Shown: positions 1-8,791 of the stretch, piece by piece | Layout: each line of letters begins with the position of its first letter | Numbering within the stretch: position 1 is the stretch's first letter | Source of the DNA: Bacillus subtilis subsp. subtilis str. 168 | Lineage (GTDB): Bacteria; Bacillota; Bacilli; Bacillales; Bacillaceae | DNA length: 64,000 bases | Reading direction: 5' to 3' | NCBI RefSeq assembly: GCF_000009045.1 | Contig: NC_000964.3 | Coordinates: 1,364,001-1,428,000, forward strand | Translations under genes and position numbers: made by a program | Notes under the pieces: model-generated | Databases searched by the model: none | What the model was told of the DNA's origin: nothing | What the model saw: only the letters and a program-made list of their open reading frames with translations

Positions 1-1
1 G

Positions 2-148
2 TTTGCCGCCCGCTGTCCGAACAGGATGGTTGTGTGTGACAGGGTGTACCCGGGCCAGACGATCAGATCTGACTCGCACACCGTCAACTGCTGGCTGCAG
101 GATCAACGAGCAGAGCATGCGGTGCTGTCAGGAGATGCGAAGGATTGA
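2..148 (+). CDS. dppD: Dipeptide ABC transporter ATP-binding subunit, 3' end only (truncated by window start)
   Basis: Frame 2 reads FAARCPNRMVVCDRVYPGQTIRSDSHTVNCWLQ...KD* (TGA 146-148). This is the Cys/His-rich oligopeptide-ABC C-terminal extension, immediately upstream of dppE. Confidence 0.85.
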   Translation, partial: FAARCPNRMVVCDRVYPGQTIRSDSHTVNCWLQDQRAEHAVLSGDAKD

Positions 149-150
149 AC

Positions 151-1800
151 ATGAAAAGGGGGAAGAGGATGAAACGAGTGAAAAAGCTATGGGGCATGGG
201 TCTTGCATTAGGACTTTCGTTTGCGCTGATGGGGTGCACAGCAAATGAACAGGCCGGAAAAGAAGGCAGTCATGATAAGGCAAAAACCAGCGGAGAAAAG
301 GTGCTGTATGTAAATAATGAAAATGAACCGACTTCATTCGATCCGCCGATCGGCTTTAATAATGTGTCATGGCAGCCGTTAAATAACATCATGGAGGGGC
401 TGACGCGTCTTGGCAAAGATCATGAGCCCGAGCCGGCAATGGCGGAGAAATGGTCTGTTTCGAAAGATAATAAAACTTACACATTTACGATTCGGGAAAA
501 TGCGAAATGGACAAACGGAGATCCTGTAACAGCCGGAGACTTCGAATACGCGTGGAAGCGGATGCTTGATCCGAAAAAAGGCGCTTCATCGGCATTCCTA
601 GGTTATTTTATTGAAGGCGGCGAAGCATATAACAGCGGGAAAGGGAAAAAAGACGATGTGAAGGTGACGGCAAAGGATGATCGAACCCTTGAAGTTACAC
701 TGGAAGCACCGCAAAAATATTTCCTGAGCGTTGTGTCCAATCCCGCGTATTTCCCGGTAAATGAAAAGGTCGATAAAGACAATCCAAAGTGGTTTGCTGA
801 GTCGGATACATTTGTCGGAAACGGCCCGTTTAAGCTGACGGAATGGAAGCATGATGACAGCATCACAATGGAGAAAAGCGACACGTATTGGGATAAGGAT
901 ACAGTGAAGCTTGATAAGGTGAAATGGGCGATGGTCAGTGACAGAAATACAGATTACCAGATGTTTCAATCAGGGGAACTTGATACCGCTTATGTCCCTG
1001 CTGAGCTGAGTGATCAGCTGCTTGATCAGGATAACGTCAATATTGTTGACCAGGCGGGTCTCTATTTCTATCGATTTAATGTCAACATGGAGCCGTTCCA
1101 AAATGAAAACATCAGAAAAGCCTTTGCGATGGCTGTGGATCAAGAGGAAATTGTAAAGTACGTCACGAAAAATAATGAAAAACCGGCGCACGCCTTTGTA
1201 TCGCCTGGGTTTACGCAGCCTGACGGCAAAGATTTCCGTGAAGCAGGCGGAGACCTGATCAAGCCTAACGAAAGCAAAGCGAAGCAGCTGCTCGAAAAGG
1301 GCATGAAGGAAGAAAACTATAATAAGCTTCCTGCGATCACGCTTACTTACAGCACAAAGCCGGAGCATAAAAAGATTGCCGAAGCTATTCAGCAAAAATT
1401 GAAAAATAGCCTTGGAGTCGATGTGAAGCTGGCCAATATGGAATGGAACGTATTTTTAGAGGATCAAAAAGCGCTGAAATTCCAATTCTCTCAAAGCTCA
1501 TTTTTGCCTGATTATGCAGACCCTATCAGTTTTCTGGAAGCCTTTCAAACGGGAAATTCGATGAACCGCACAGGCTGGGCCAATAAAGAATACGATCAGC
1601 TGATCAAACAGGCGAAAAACGAAGCCGATGAAAAAACACGGTTCTCTCTTATGCATCAAGCTGAAGAGCTGCTCATCAATGAAGCGCCGATCATTCCGGT
1701 TTATTTTTATAATCAGGTTCACCTGCAAAATGAACAAGTAAAAGGAATTGTCCGTCACCCTGTCGGCTATATCGATTTAAAATGGGCAGATAAAAACTGA
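151..1800 (+). CDS. dppE: Dipeptide ABC transporter substrate-binding lipoprotein (OppA/DppA family 5)
   Basis: Lipobox LMGC after a hydrophobic signal peptide. Family-5 SBP motifs (LTRLGK...PAMAEKWSVS..KTYTFTIR, GNGPFKL, W.PDY.DP). The alternative start ATG 169 is also preceded by an SD-like sequence. Confidence 0.96.
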   Translation: MKRGKRMKRVKKLWGMGLALGLSFALMGCTANEQAGKEGSHDKAKTSGEKVLYVNNENEPTSFDPPIGFNNVSWQPLNNIMEGLTRLGKDHEPEPAMAEKWSVSKDNKTYTFTIRENAKWTNGDPVTAGDFEYAWKRMLDPKKGASSAFLGYFIEGGEAYNSGKGKKDDVKVTAKDDRTLEVTLEAPQKYFLSVVSNPAYFPVNEKVDKDNPKWFAESDTFVGNGPFKLTEWKHDDSITMEKSDTYWDKDTVKLDKVKWAMVSDRNTDYQMFQSGELDTAYVPAELSDQLLDQDNVNIVDQAGLYFYRFNVNMEPFQNENIRKAFAMAVDQEEIVKYVTKNNEKPAHAFVSPGFTQPDGKDFREAGGDLIKPNESKAKQLLEKGMKEENYNKLPAITLTYSTKPEHKKIAEAIQQKLKNSLGVDVKLANMEWNVFLEDQKALKFQFSQSSFLPDYADPISFLEAFQTGNSMNRTGWANKEYDQLIKQAKNEADEKTRFSLMHQAEELLINEAPIIPVYFYNQVHLQNEQVKGIVRHPVGYIDLKWADKN

Positions 1801-1815
1801 TGGAGGCGATTGAGG

Positions 1816-1852
1816 AAATACTGCTTCTTTATGCGAAGGAGCGGTATTTTTT
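1816..1852 (+). terminator. Intrinsic terminator-like hairpin inside the dpp-ykf operon
   Basis: aaatactgcttctt-tatgcg-aaggagcggtattt followed by a T-rich tail; the stem contains G-U pairs. Confidence 0.65.
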
Positions 1853-1887
1853 CTCTTTCTTGCACGTATACGTAGGGTGCAGAGCAA

Positions 1888-2847
1888 ATGAAAGGAGTGT
1901 TTTCGTTGAATTACAAGCCGAAAGCGTTGAACAAGGGTGATACAGTCGGAGTGATCGCGCCCGCAAGTCCGCCGGATCCAAAAAAGCTTGACACCGCGCT
2001 TTTATTTTTAGAAGAGCTCGGTCTTCAGGTGAAGTTGGGCAAGGCGCTGAAAAACCAGCACGGCTATTTAGCGGGACAGGATGATGAGCGGCTGGCGGAT
2101 CTCCATGAGATGTTCAGAGACGATGAGGTAAAAGCAGTGTTGTGCGCATGCGGGGGTTTTGGGACAGGACGTATCGCCGCGGGCATTGATTTCAGCTTGA
2201 TCCGCAAACACCCTAAAATCTTTTGGGGATACAGCGATATTACGTTTTTACATACTGCCATTCATCAAAACACAGGTCTTGTCACTTTCCATGGCCCGAT
2301 GCTCAGCACGGATATTGGCCTTGACGACGTTCACCCGCTGACAAAAGCGTCATATAAGCAGCTCTTCCAGGAGACGGAATTCACCTATACAGAAGAGCTT
2401 TCTCCGCTGACCGAGCTTGTTCCTGGAAAAGCGGAAGGCGAGCTTGTCGGGGGAAATCTGTCTTTGCTGACGTCTACACTGGGCACGCCATTTGAAATTG
2501 ATACGAGAGGAAAGCTTCTGTTTATTGAAGATATTGACGAGGAGCCTTATCAAATCGACCGGATGCTGAATCAGCTGAAAATGGGGGGGAAGCTGACGGA
2601 CGCGGCGGGAATTCTAGTTTGTGATTTTCACAATTGTGTCCCGGTGAAGCGAGAGAAGTCTCTCTCGCTTGAGCAGGTGCTGGAAGACTATATTATTTCT
2701 GCGGGCAGGCCTGCTCTGAGAGGATTTAAAATCGGCCACTGCTCGCCAAGTATTGCCGTTCCGATCGGTGCGAAAGCTGCTATGAATACAGCAGAAAAAA
2801 CAGCCGTAATAGAGGCGGGCGTTTCAGAAGGGGCGCTGAAGACATGA
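1888..2847 (+). CDS. ykfA: LD-carboxypeptidase, peptidase S66 (muramoyltetrapeptide carboxypeptidase)
   Basis: S66 motifs CACGGFG, KIFWGYSDIT, GGNL, LFIED and FKIGHC (Ser-Glu-His triad). Confidence 0.93.
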   Translation: MKGVFSLNYKPKALNKGDTVGVIAPASPPDPKKLDTALLFLEELGLQVKLGKALKNQHGYLAGQDDERLADLHEMFRDDEVKAVLCACGGFGTGRIAAGIDFSLIRKHPKIFWGYSDITFLHTAIHQNTGLVTFHGPMLSTDIGLDDVHPLTKASYKQLFQETEFTYTEELSPLTELVPGKAEGELVGGNLSLLTSTLGTPFEIDTRGKLLFIEDIDEEPYQIDRMLNQLKMGGKLTDAAGILVCDFHNCVPVKREKSLSLEQVLEDYIISAGRPALRGFKIGHCSPSIAVPIGAKAAMNTAEKTAVIEAGVSEGALKT

Positions 2848-3944
2848 AAATCATTCGAATCGAAACAAGCCGAATCGCTGTCCCGCTGACAAAGCCGTTT
2901 AAAACCGCACTTCGCACTGTGTATACGGCTGAATCAGTCATAGTAAGGATTACTTATGACAGCGGTGCAGTCGGATGGGGAGAAGCACCCCCGACGTTAG
3001 TGATTACAGGAGACAGCATGGATAGCATTGAAAGTGCCATCCACCATGTGTTGAAGCCGGCATTGCTTGGAAAAAGCCTGGCGGGCTATGAGGCCATTCT
3101 GCACGACATCCAGCATCTTCTTACAGGAAATATGAGCGCGAAGGCTGCTGTAGAAATGGCTCTATACGACGGCTGGGCGCAGATGTGCGGGCTGCCGCTT
3201 TATCAAATGCTTGGCGGATATCGAGATACGCTGGAAACAGATTATACTGTCAGTGTCAACTCACCTGAAGAGATGGCAGCTGATGCCGAGAATTATCTCA
3301 AACAAGGCTTTCAAACGCTGAAAATAAAGGTCGGAAAAGATGATATTGCAACAGATATCGCCCGTATCCAGGAAATCAGAAAACGTGTCGGATCAGCTGT
3401 GAAACTGCGTTTAGACGCTAATCAGGGGTGGAGGCCGAAGGAAGCGGTAACTGCCATTCGGAAAATGGAGGATGCGGGCCTAGGCATTGAGCTTGTCGAG
3501 CAGCCTGTCCATAAAGATGATCTCGCTGGGCTTAAAAAGGTGACAGATGCAACAGATACGCCGATTATGGCTGATGAAAGTGTTTTTACACCGCGCCAGG
3601 CGTTCGAAGTTCTGCAAACCCGGAGCGCAGACTTGATCAATATTAAATTGATGAAAGCGGGCGGCATCAGCGGAGCAGAGAAAATTAATGCCATGGCGGA
3701 GGCCTGCGGGGTGGAGTGTATGGTCGGCAGCATGATCGAAACGAAGCTGGGCATTACGGCCGCGGCGCATTTTGCGGCAAGCAAGAGAAACATCACACGC
3801 TTTGATTTTGACGCGCCGCTGATGCTGAAAACAGATGTATTCAATGGCGGCATAACATATAGCGGCAGCACGATTTCGATGCCTGGCAAACCGGGCCTCG
3901 GAATCATCGGGGCTGCGCTTTTGAAAGGGGAAAAAGAGCAATGA
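2844..3944 (+). CDS. ykfB: L-Ala-D/L-Glu epimerase (enolase superfamily)
   Basis: KIKVG, DANQGW, EQP, ADES and NIKLMK motifs; overlaps ykfA by 4 nt. Confidence 0.95.
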   Translation: MKIIRIETSRIAVPLTKPFKTALRTVYTAESVIVRITYDSGAVGWGEAPPTLVITGDSMDSIESAIHHVLKPALLGKSLAGYEAILHDIQHLLTGNMSAKAAVEMALYDGWAQMCGLPLYQMLGGYRDTLETDYTVSVNSPEEMAADAENYLKQGFQTLKIKVGKDDIATDIARIQEIRKRVGSAVKLRLDANQGWRPKEAVTAIRKMEDAGLGIELVEQPVHKDDLAGLKKVTDATDTPIMADESVFTPRQAFEVLQTRSADLINIKLMKAGGISGAEKINAMAEACGVECMVGSMIETKLGITAAAHFAASKRNITRFDFDAPLMLKTDVFNGGITYSGSTISMPGKPGLGIIGAALLKGEKEQ

Positions 3945-4831
3945 TGCACACTGTCATATCAGCAGTGGCCAACATCTGGACAGCGCCTGATTCACCTCGT
4001 CCGTCTGATCAATTCATGCTTCAACCGACTGTAATGATCAGAGACTGGCTGGAGCGCATGACGTATGATGAACGGCTTGGATTATGTACAGACAATGTAA
4101 TCCAAACTCAGGTTCTCTTTGGCGAAAAGGTACTTGTGACGGCGGAACAGGGGGAATGGGTTTCTGTGATCGTGCCTAGCCAGCCATCCCGAAAGGATCC
4201 GCGCGGATACCCGGGCTGGATGAAAAAGTACCAGCTGGAAAAAACAAAGCCCATCCATACACAACACGATGTGATGATCAGCAAACCTGCTGCCTTTTTG
4301 TACAGAAGCAATGGGGAAAAGGAGATCGAATTAAGCTTTTTGACAGTTCTGCCCCTTATTGCAAAAGAAAACGGATATTTTAAGGTTTCGACCGTTTTTG
4401 GGGAAAGGTTTGTGAGGCAAAGTGATGCAGTGCCTGTCAGCCAACAGAAAGGGACTGCTGAAGACATCATTCAAACGGGTGCGTTTTTTCTTGGCCTTCC
4501 CTACCTGTGGGGAGGGATCAGCGGGTTTGGGTTTGATTGCTCCGGATTTATGTACAGTATATTTAAGGCGAATGGATACAGCATCCCCCGTGATGCGGGA
4601 GATCAGGCTAAGGCAGGGAAGGGTGTCCCGCTTGATGATATGAAAGCCGGTGATCTGCTGTTTTTTGCTTATGAGGAAGGAAAAGGAGCGATTCATCACG
4701 TCGGTCTGTATGTAGGCGGCGGGAAAATGCTTCATTCTCCAAAGACAGGGAAGTCAATCGAAATCCTCACATTAACAGAGACAATCTATGAAAAAGAATT
4801 ATGTGCGGTGCGCCGCTGTTTTTCAGAATAA
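3941..4831 (+). CDS. ykfC: Gamma-D-glutamyl-L-diamino-acid peptidase, SH3b plus NlpC/P60
   Basis: GLPYLWGG..GFDCSGF and HHVGLYVG motifs; no signal peptide. Confidence 0.95.
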   Translation: MMHTVISAVANIWTAPDSPRPSDQFMLQPTVMIRDWLERMTYDERLGLCTDNVIQTQVLFGEKVLVTAEQGEWVSVIVPSQPSRKDPRGYPGWMKKYQLEKTKPIHTQHDVMISKPAAFLYRSNGEKEIELSFLTVLPLIAKENGYFKVSTVFGERFVRQSDAVPVSQQKGTAEDIIQTGAFFLGLPYLWGGISGFGFDCSGFMYSIFKANGYSIPRDAGDQAKAGKGVPLDDMKAGDLLFFAYEEGKGAIHHVGLYVGGGKMLHSPKTGKSIEILTLTETIYEKELCAVRRCFSE

Positions 4832-4843
4832 GGAGGGAGACAA

Positions 4844-5833
4844 ATGAGGCGACTGCCTTTGTTAGAGGTCAGCCAGCTGAAAATGCATTTTGACGCAGGG
4901 AAAAAGCGGACAGTCAAAGCTGTCGACGGGGTCACCTTTCAGATTCGTGAAGGAGAAACGTTCGGGCTAGTCGGGGAATCAGGGTGCGGGAAATCAACCT
5001 TGGGGAGAGTGCTGATGCGCCTTTATCAGCCGACAGAAGGAAGCGTGACATACCGCGGCACAAATCTTCATGCACTAAGTGAAAAAGAGCAGTTTGCCTT
5101 CAACCGCAAACTGCAGATGATTTTTCAGGACCCTTATGCTTCACTTAACCCGCGCATGACCGTTCGAGAAATTATTTTGGAGCCGATGGAGATTCATAAT
5201 CTCTACAATACCCATAAAGCACGGCTTCTCGTCGTGGACGAGCTGCTTGAGGCAGTTGGGCTTCACCCCGATTTTGGCAGCCGTTATCCGCATGAATTCA
5301 GCGGCGGGCAAAGGCAGAGAATCGGGATTGCGAGAGCACTGTCGCTGAATCCTGAATTTATCGTGGCGGACGAACCGATTTCTGCACTTGATGTCTCTGT
5401 TCAAGCGCAGGTGGTCAACCTGCTGAAGCGGCTTCAAAAAGAGAAAGGGCTTACGTTTTTATTCATTGCCCATGATCTTTCGATGGTGAAGCATATCAGT
5501 GACAGGATCGGTGTTATGTACTTAGGACACATGATGGAAATTACAGAGAGCGGCACCTTGTATCGTGAACCGCTCCATCCCTATACAAAGGCGCTTTTGT
5601 CCTCGATTCCGATTCCAGATCCTGAATTGGAGGACAAGCGTGAGCGTATTCTCTTGAAAGGGGAGCTGCCGAGCCCGGTCAATCCGCCAAGCGGCTGCGT
5701 GTTTCGTACCCGCTGTCCGGAGGCGATGCCTGAATGTGGAGAATCTCGTCCCCAGCTTCAAGAAATCGAACCCGGCCGTTTTGTCGCTTGCCATTTGTAT
5801 CGAAATGCTGAAACGAAGGAAAAAGTAAGATAA
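4844..5833 (+). CDS. ykfD: Oligopeptide ABC ATP-binding protein (OppF/DppF-like)
   Basis: Walker A GESGCGKS, signature [19 protein letters not shown], and the C-terminal GCVFRTRCP...ACHL extension. Confidence 0.95.
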   Translation: MRRLPLLEVSQLKMHFDAGKKRTVKAVDGVTFQIREGETFGLVGESGCGKSTLGRVLMRLYQPTEGSVTYRGTNLHALSEKEQFAFNRKLQMIFQDPYASLNPRMTVREIILEPMEIHNLYNTHKARLLVVDELLEAVGLHPDFGSRYPHEFSGGQRQRIGIARALSLNPEFIVADEPISALDVSVQAQVVNLLKRLQKEKGLTFLFIAHDLSMVKHISDRIGVMYLGHMMEITESGTLYREPLHPYTKALLSSIPIPDPELEDKRERILLKGELPSPVNPPSGCVFRTRCPEAMPECGESRPQLQEIEPGRFVACHLYRNAETKEKVR

Positions 5834-5835
5834 AT

Positions 5836-5873
5836 AAAAAGAGTGGCTCCTTTTTACTAGAGCCACTCCATTT
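5836..5873. terminator. Hairpin terminator between convergent ykfD and pgl
   Basis: gagtggctc (5841-49) pairs with gagccactc (5860-68), with A/T flanks. Confidence 0.8.
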
Positions 5874-5875
5874 GT

Positions 5876-6925
5876 TTATACTTGATGTAAAAACTTTACA
5901 CAAACCGGGTAAGGGACAGAAACCGTTGATGGGAGGAGTGTCAATCGGCCGGTTTCTTTGTCTCTTTCAAACAAGACAAGGTTGCCTGTTTCTTCATTTG
6001 AAGCAACGAGGAACCCTTCCGTTGGGTCAAATACAAAGTCACGAGGCCAGTTTCCTTCTGTCGACACTCTTTCTACGAAAGCCAGCTCTCCTGAATATTG
6101 ATTCACTTCAAATACGGCGATACTGTCATGGCCGCGGTTTGCGACATAAACAAAACGTCCGTCCTGCGTGACATGTATTGCGCTTCCCTGGCTGTTATCT
6201 GTAAAATCATCAGGGATGGCAGAAACGACTTGGATTTCTCTAAATTCGCCGGCTGTCGGGTTGTATTCAAGCGCAATCACTTCATTGCTTAATTCTGTCA
6301 TGACATAAGCGTATTTTTCTTTCGGATGAAAAGCGATATGGCGAGGTCCTGCACCGGGAGCGAAGGAATGGCTTCCGGATTCAGTCAACACACCGTCTTT
6401 AAGCTTATAGGTGTAGAGCTTATCTATACCTAAATCAACCGCTACCACATAATTGTGTTCAGGTGTGAACCCCGCGTAGTGTGTATGCGGTTTTTCTTGT
6501 CTTTCGTGCGGCCCTTTTCCTGTGTGAGCGGCCTCTGAAACAGGTGATTGCAAGCTGCCGTCTTCCTGAACCGGAAAAACGTGTACCTTCCCGCTGTGAT
6601 AATTGGCAGTCAGTACGAATTGATTTTGATCATCAACGCTTACGTGGCATGGCGAAGGGCCATCAATTAACTGATGATTCAGAAATGTCAATTCGCCGCT
6701 GTTTTTATCGATTTGATAGGCAGCAACTCCGCCTTGGCCGTCTGCTTTTTCGATGGAATAAAGGATGGTGTTGTTTTTATTCGTCGCCACATATGTCGGG
6801 TTGCCCAGCTTAGCGGCCAGCTTTGGCTCGCTGAGTGCTTTTTTCTCAGTATCAAGCTCAAATGAATAAATTCCTTCGCTTCCGCCTTTTGTATATGTTC
6901 CCACATATCCTATGTATTTTGTCAT
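5876..6925 (-). CDS. pgl: 6-phosphogluconolactonase (beta-propeller, Pgl/YbhE family)
   Basis: YVGTYT, PCHVSVD, ANYHSG, HTH, GAGPRH and GNWPRDF motifs. Confidence 0.95.
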   Translation of the reverse strand: MTKYIGYVGTYTKGGSEGIYSFELDTEKKALSEPKLAAKLGNPTYVATNKNNTILYSIEKADGQGGVAAYQIDKNSGELTFLNHQLIDGPSPCHVSVDDQNQFVLTANYHSGKVHVFPVQEDGSLQSPVSEAAHTGKGPHERQEKPHTHYAGFTPEHNYVVAVDLGIDKLYTYKLKDGVLTESGSHSFAPGAGPRHIAFHPKEKYAYVMTELSNEVIALEYNPTAGEFREIQVVSAIPDDFTDNSQGSAIHVTQDGRFVYVANRGHDSIAVFEVNQYSGELAFVERVSTEGNWPRDFVFDPTEGFLVASNEETGNLVLFERDKETGRLTLLPSTVSVPYPVCVKFLHQV

Positions 6926-7014
6926 GCGATTTCCCCCTTAAAAATGATGTCACCTCTATATTAACGTATCTTGATAAAATAAGCTGTTCAAAACATGAAA
7001 AAGGGGAAGATTCT

Positions 7015-7875
7015 TCATTCGCCTCGAATCAGCGGCATTGTGCAGCACCTGAAGGAGCCGCCTGATTTAATAATTTCTGACAGGTCAATTTCGATAATGT
7101 GATAGCCTCTTTTCGATAGCTGTTGATTGACATGGCGGTTGCCAGGGAGACTGATGATCGTTTTTTTTCCGATTGAAAGGACGTTGGTGCCAAGCGTAAA
7201 TTGTTCGTCCTCGGGCACCTCAATAAGATCATAACGTTTTGCCAGCATATCGGCTGCATCTGGCTCAATGGCCTGTGAATAAATTAACGCTTCGCTTTCA
7301 GATATAATGTTAAATACGCAGTCCAAATGCAAAAATTTTTCATGAAGCTTCACTGGAACGATCGTATATTCAGGAAGTGCCTCTTCTAGCTGGCCGATAG
7401 CTGAAATGTCGGTGCGCTGGCTGATTCCGACATAGACAATGTCATCATCGATAATGACGTCTCCGCCTTCAATACTCGTATCAAGCATGCGGGTGTAAGA
7501 GATACCTTGGCTGTGAAAAAAATCTTTTATAACGGCTTCTTCTCCTTGGCGAATCGGTTCAGTCATGCTTGACAGAAAGGCTTTTTCTCCGATGACAAAT
7601 CCTATGTCCCTAGTAAAAACCTGTTCTGGGAGTCCGTCGCGAACGGGCAAAAGGACGACCTCAACGTTGTGTGACCTAAGTGCCTCCACTAAGCGGCTGT
7701 GCTGGTCGTTAGCGGTTTTTACATGAATATTGTCATCTTCAAAATGTTTTTGTGTTTCGTTTATAACATCTTTTATGGTCATGTGCTCAGGTTTGCATAA
7801 GATCACTTTTTGAAGTGTGCCGTATTCCGTTCGGCATACCGTTTTGTGCTGAGATTTCGGGATGGATACGTCCAT
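7015..7875 (-). CDS. ykgA: Amidinotransferase / dimethylarginine dimethylaminohydrolase / arginine-deiminase superfamily enzyme
   Basis: Catalytic motifs FTRD, EGGD, HLD and GGSFRCC are intact. RBS aggagg lies upstream. Confidence 0.88.
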   Translation of the reverse strand: MDVSIPKSQHKTVCRTEYGTLQKVILCKPEHMTIKDVINETQKHFEDDNIHVKTANDQHSRLVEALRSHNVEVVLLPVRDGLPEQVFTRDIGFVIGEKAFLSSMTEPIRQGEEAVIKDFFHSQGISYTRMLDTSIEGGDVIIDDDIVYVGISQRTDISAIGQLEEALPEYTIVPVKLHEKFLHLDCVFNIISESEALIYSQAIEPDAADMLAKRYDLIEVPEDEQFTLGTNVLSIGKKTIISLPGNRHVNQQLSKRGYHIIEIDLSEIIKSGGSFRCCTMPLIRGE

Positions 7876-7912
7876 TTGTTTTTCCTCCTAAAGTGTGAAG
7901 AATACATTTATT

Positions 7913-7939
7913 ATTCCCTCATCATGAAAATCATTAAAC
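7913..7939 (-). promoter_or_regulatory. Putative sigma-B promoter of ykgA
   Basis: The minus strand reads GTTTAA-N15-GGGAAT, close to the sigma-B consensus GTTT-N15-17-GGGWAW. Confidence 0.65.
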
Positions 7940-8034
7940 CATTTTAAATTTTAGACAAATGGAAGAGAATATTGTTTAATAGGAGAATATAAGTGCATTT
8001 AGCTAAAAGATCAGACATCAAAGGGGAGAAAGGT

Positions 8035-8553
8035 ATGGAAACACCGGAAACAAGATTTTGTAAAGAGTCAAAGGTTGTGAAAACCAGCAGGGTGTTCCCG
8101 CTTGACACGAACAACCATAATACGCTGTTTGGCGGAAAATTAATGAGCTACATAGACGACATTGCCTCTATTTCAGCGGCGCGCCATTGCAGACGTGAAA
8201 CGGTAACAGCTTCAATGGATTCTGTAGATTTTTTAAAGCCGATCGGGCAAAAGGATTCTGTCTGCCTAGAGTCATATGTGACATGGGTCGGCACATCTTC
8301 CATGGAAGTATTTGTGAAAGTTATTAAGGAGCATTTGATGACTGGCGAACGGGAACTCGCTGCCACATCCTTTTTGACATTTGTCGCATTAGATTCAAAT
8401 GGCAAGCCGGTGCCTGTACCGAGGGTTGTACCGGAAACAGAAGAAGAAATCATGCTGCATAATACAGCTGTACAGCGTGCTAATGAACGTAAGAACCGCA
8501 AGAGACACAGCCAGGCGCTTGCAAATGCGCTCGGAACTGATAAGCCTTGGTGA
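8035..8553 (+). CDS. ykhA: Acyl-CoA thioesterase (hotdog fold, YciA family)
   Basis: VFPLDTNNHNTLFGGKLMSYID motif. ATG 8035 follows the SD-like aaggggag; the ORF-track start at 7993 is less likely. Confidence 0.92.
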   Translation: METPETRFCKESKVVKTSRVFPLDTNNHNTLFGGKLMSYIDDIASISAARHCRRETVTASMDSVDFLKPIGQKDSVCLESYVTWVGTSSMEVFVKVIKEHLMTGERELAATSFLTFVALDSNGKPVPVPRVVPETEEEIMLHNTAVQRANERKNRKRHSQALANALGTDKPW

Positions 8554-8558
8554 ACGTT

Positions 8559-8590
8559 AAACCCAAAACATAAGTTGTTTTGGGTTTTTT
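8559..8590 (+). terminator. Intrinsic terminator of ykhA
   Basis: aaacccaaaaca-taagt-tgttttgggttt followed by a T tail. Confidence 0.85.
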
Positions 8591-8700
8591 TGTACTTTTC
8601 AATGGTGATTATTACAATGGTTAGTCCGTTTTTGCTAGGGGATTCTATAAAAAAGCAACAAATGTCATGTTAAATTGATAATTTTGTGACAACTTTATTA

Positions 8701-8770
8701 AAGATTCATTTTAGATATATCTTTTATTCGTAAGATCATGTATTTTAAAGATATATTTTAAATACATCTT
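8701..8770. promoter_or_regulatory. Two NsrR-type 11-1-11 operators upstream of hmp
   Basis: AAGATTCATTT-T-AGATATATCTT (8701-23) and AAGATATATTT-T-AAATACATCTT (8748-70) resemble the NsrR consensus AAGATGYATTTnAAATRCATCTT. hmp is an established NsrR/ResD target. Confidence 0.75.
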
Positions 8771-8791
8771 TTCGAAAGGATTGTTTATAAA

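Noticed and set aside
3-248. 81-aa ORF at the window start
   Set aside because: Wrong frame; the real coding sequence is the dppD C-terminus in frame 2, ending at 148.
3422-3949. 175-aa and 153-aa antisense ORFs over ykfB
   Set aside because: Shadow frames of a well-supported gene; no RBS or recognisable motifs.
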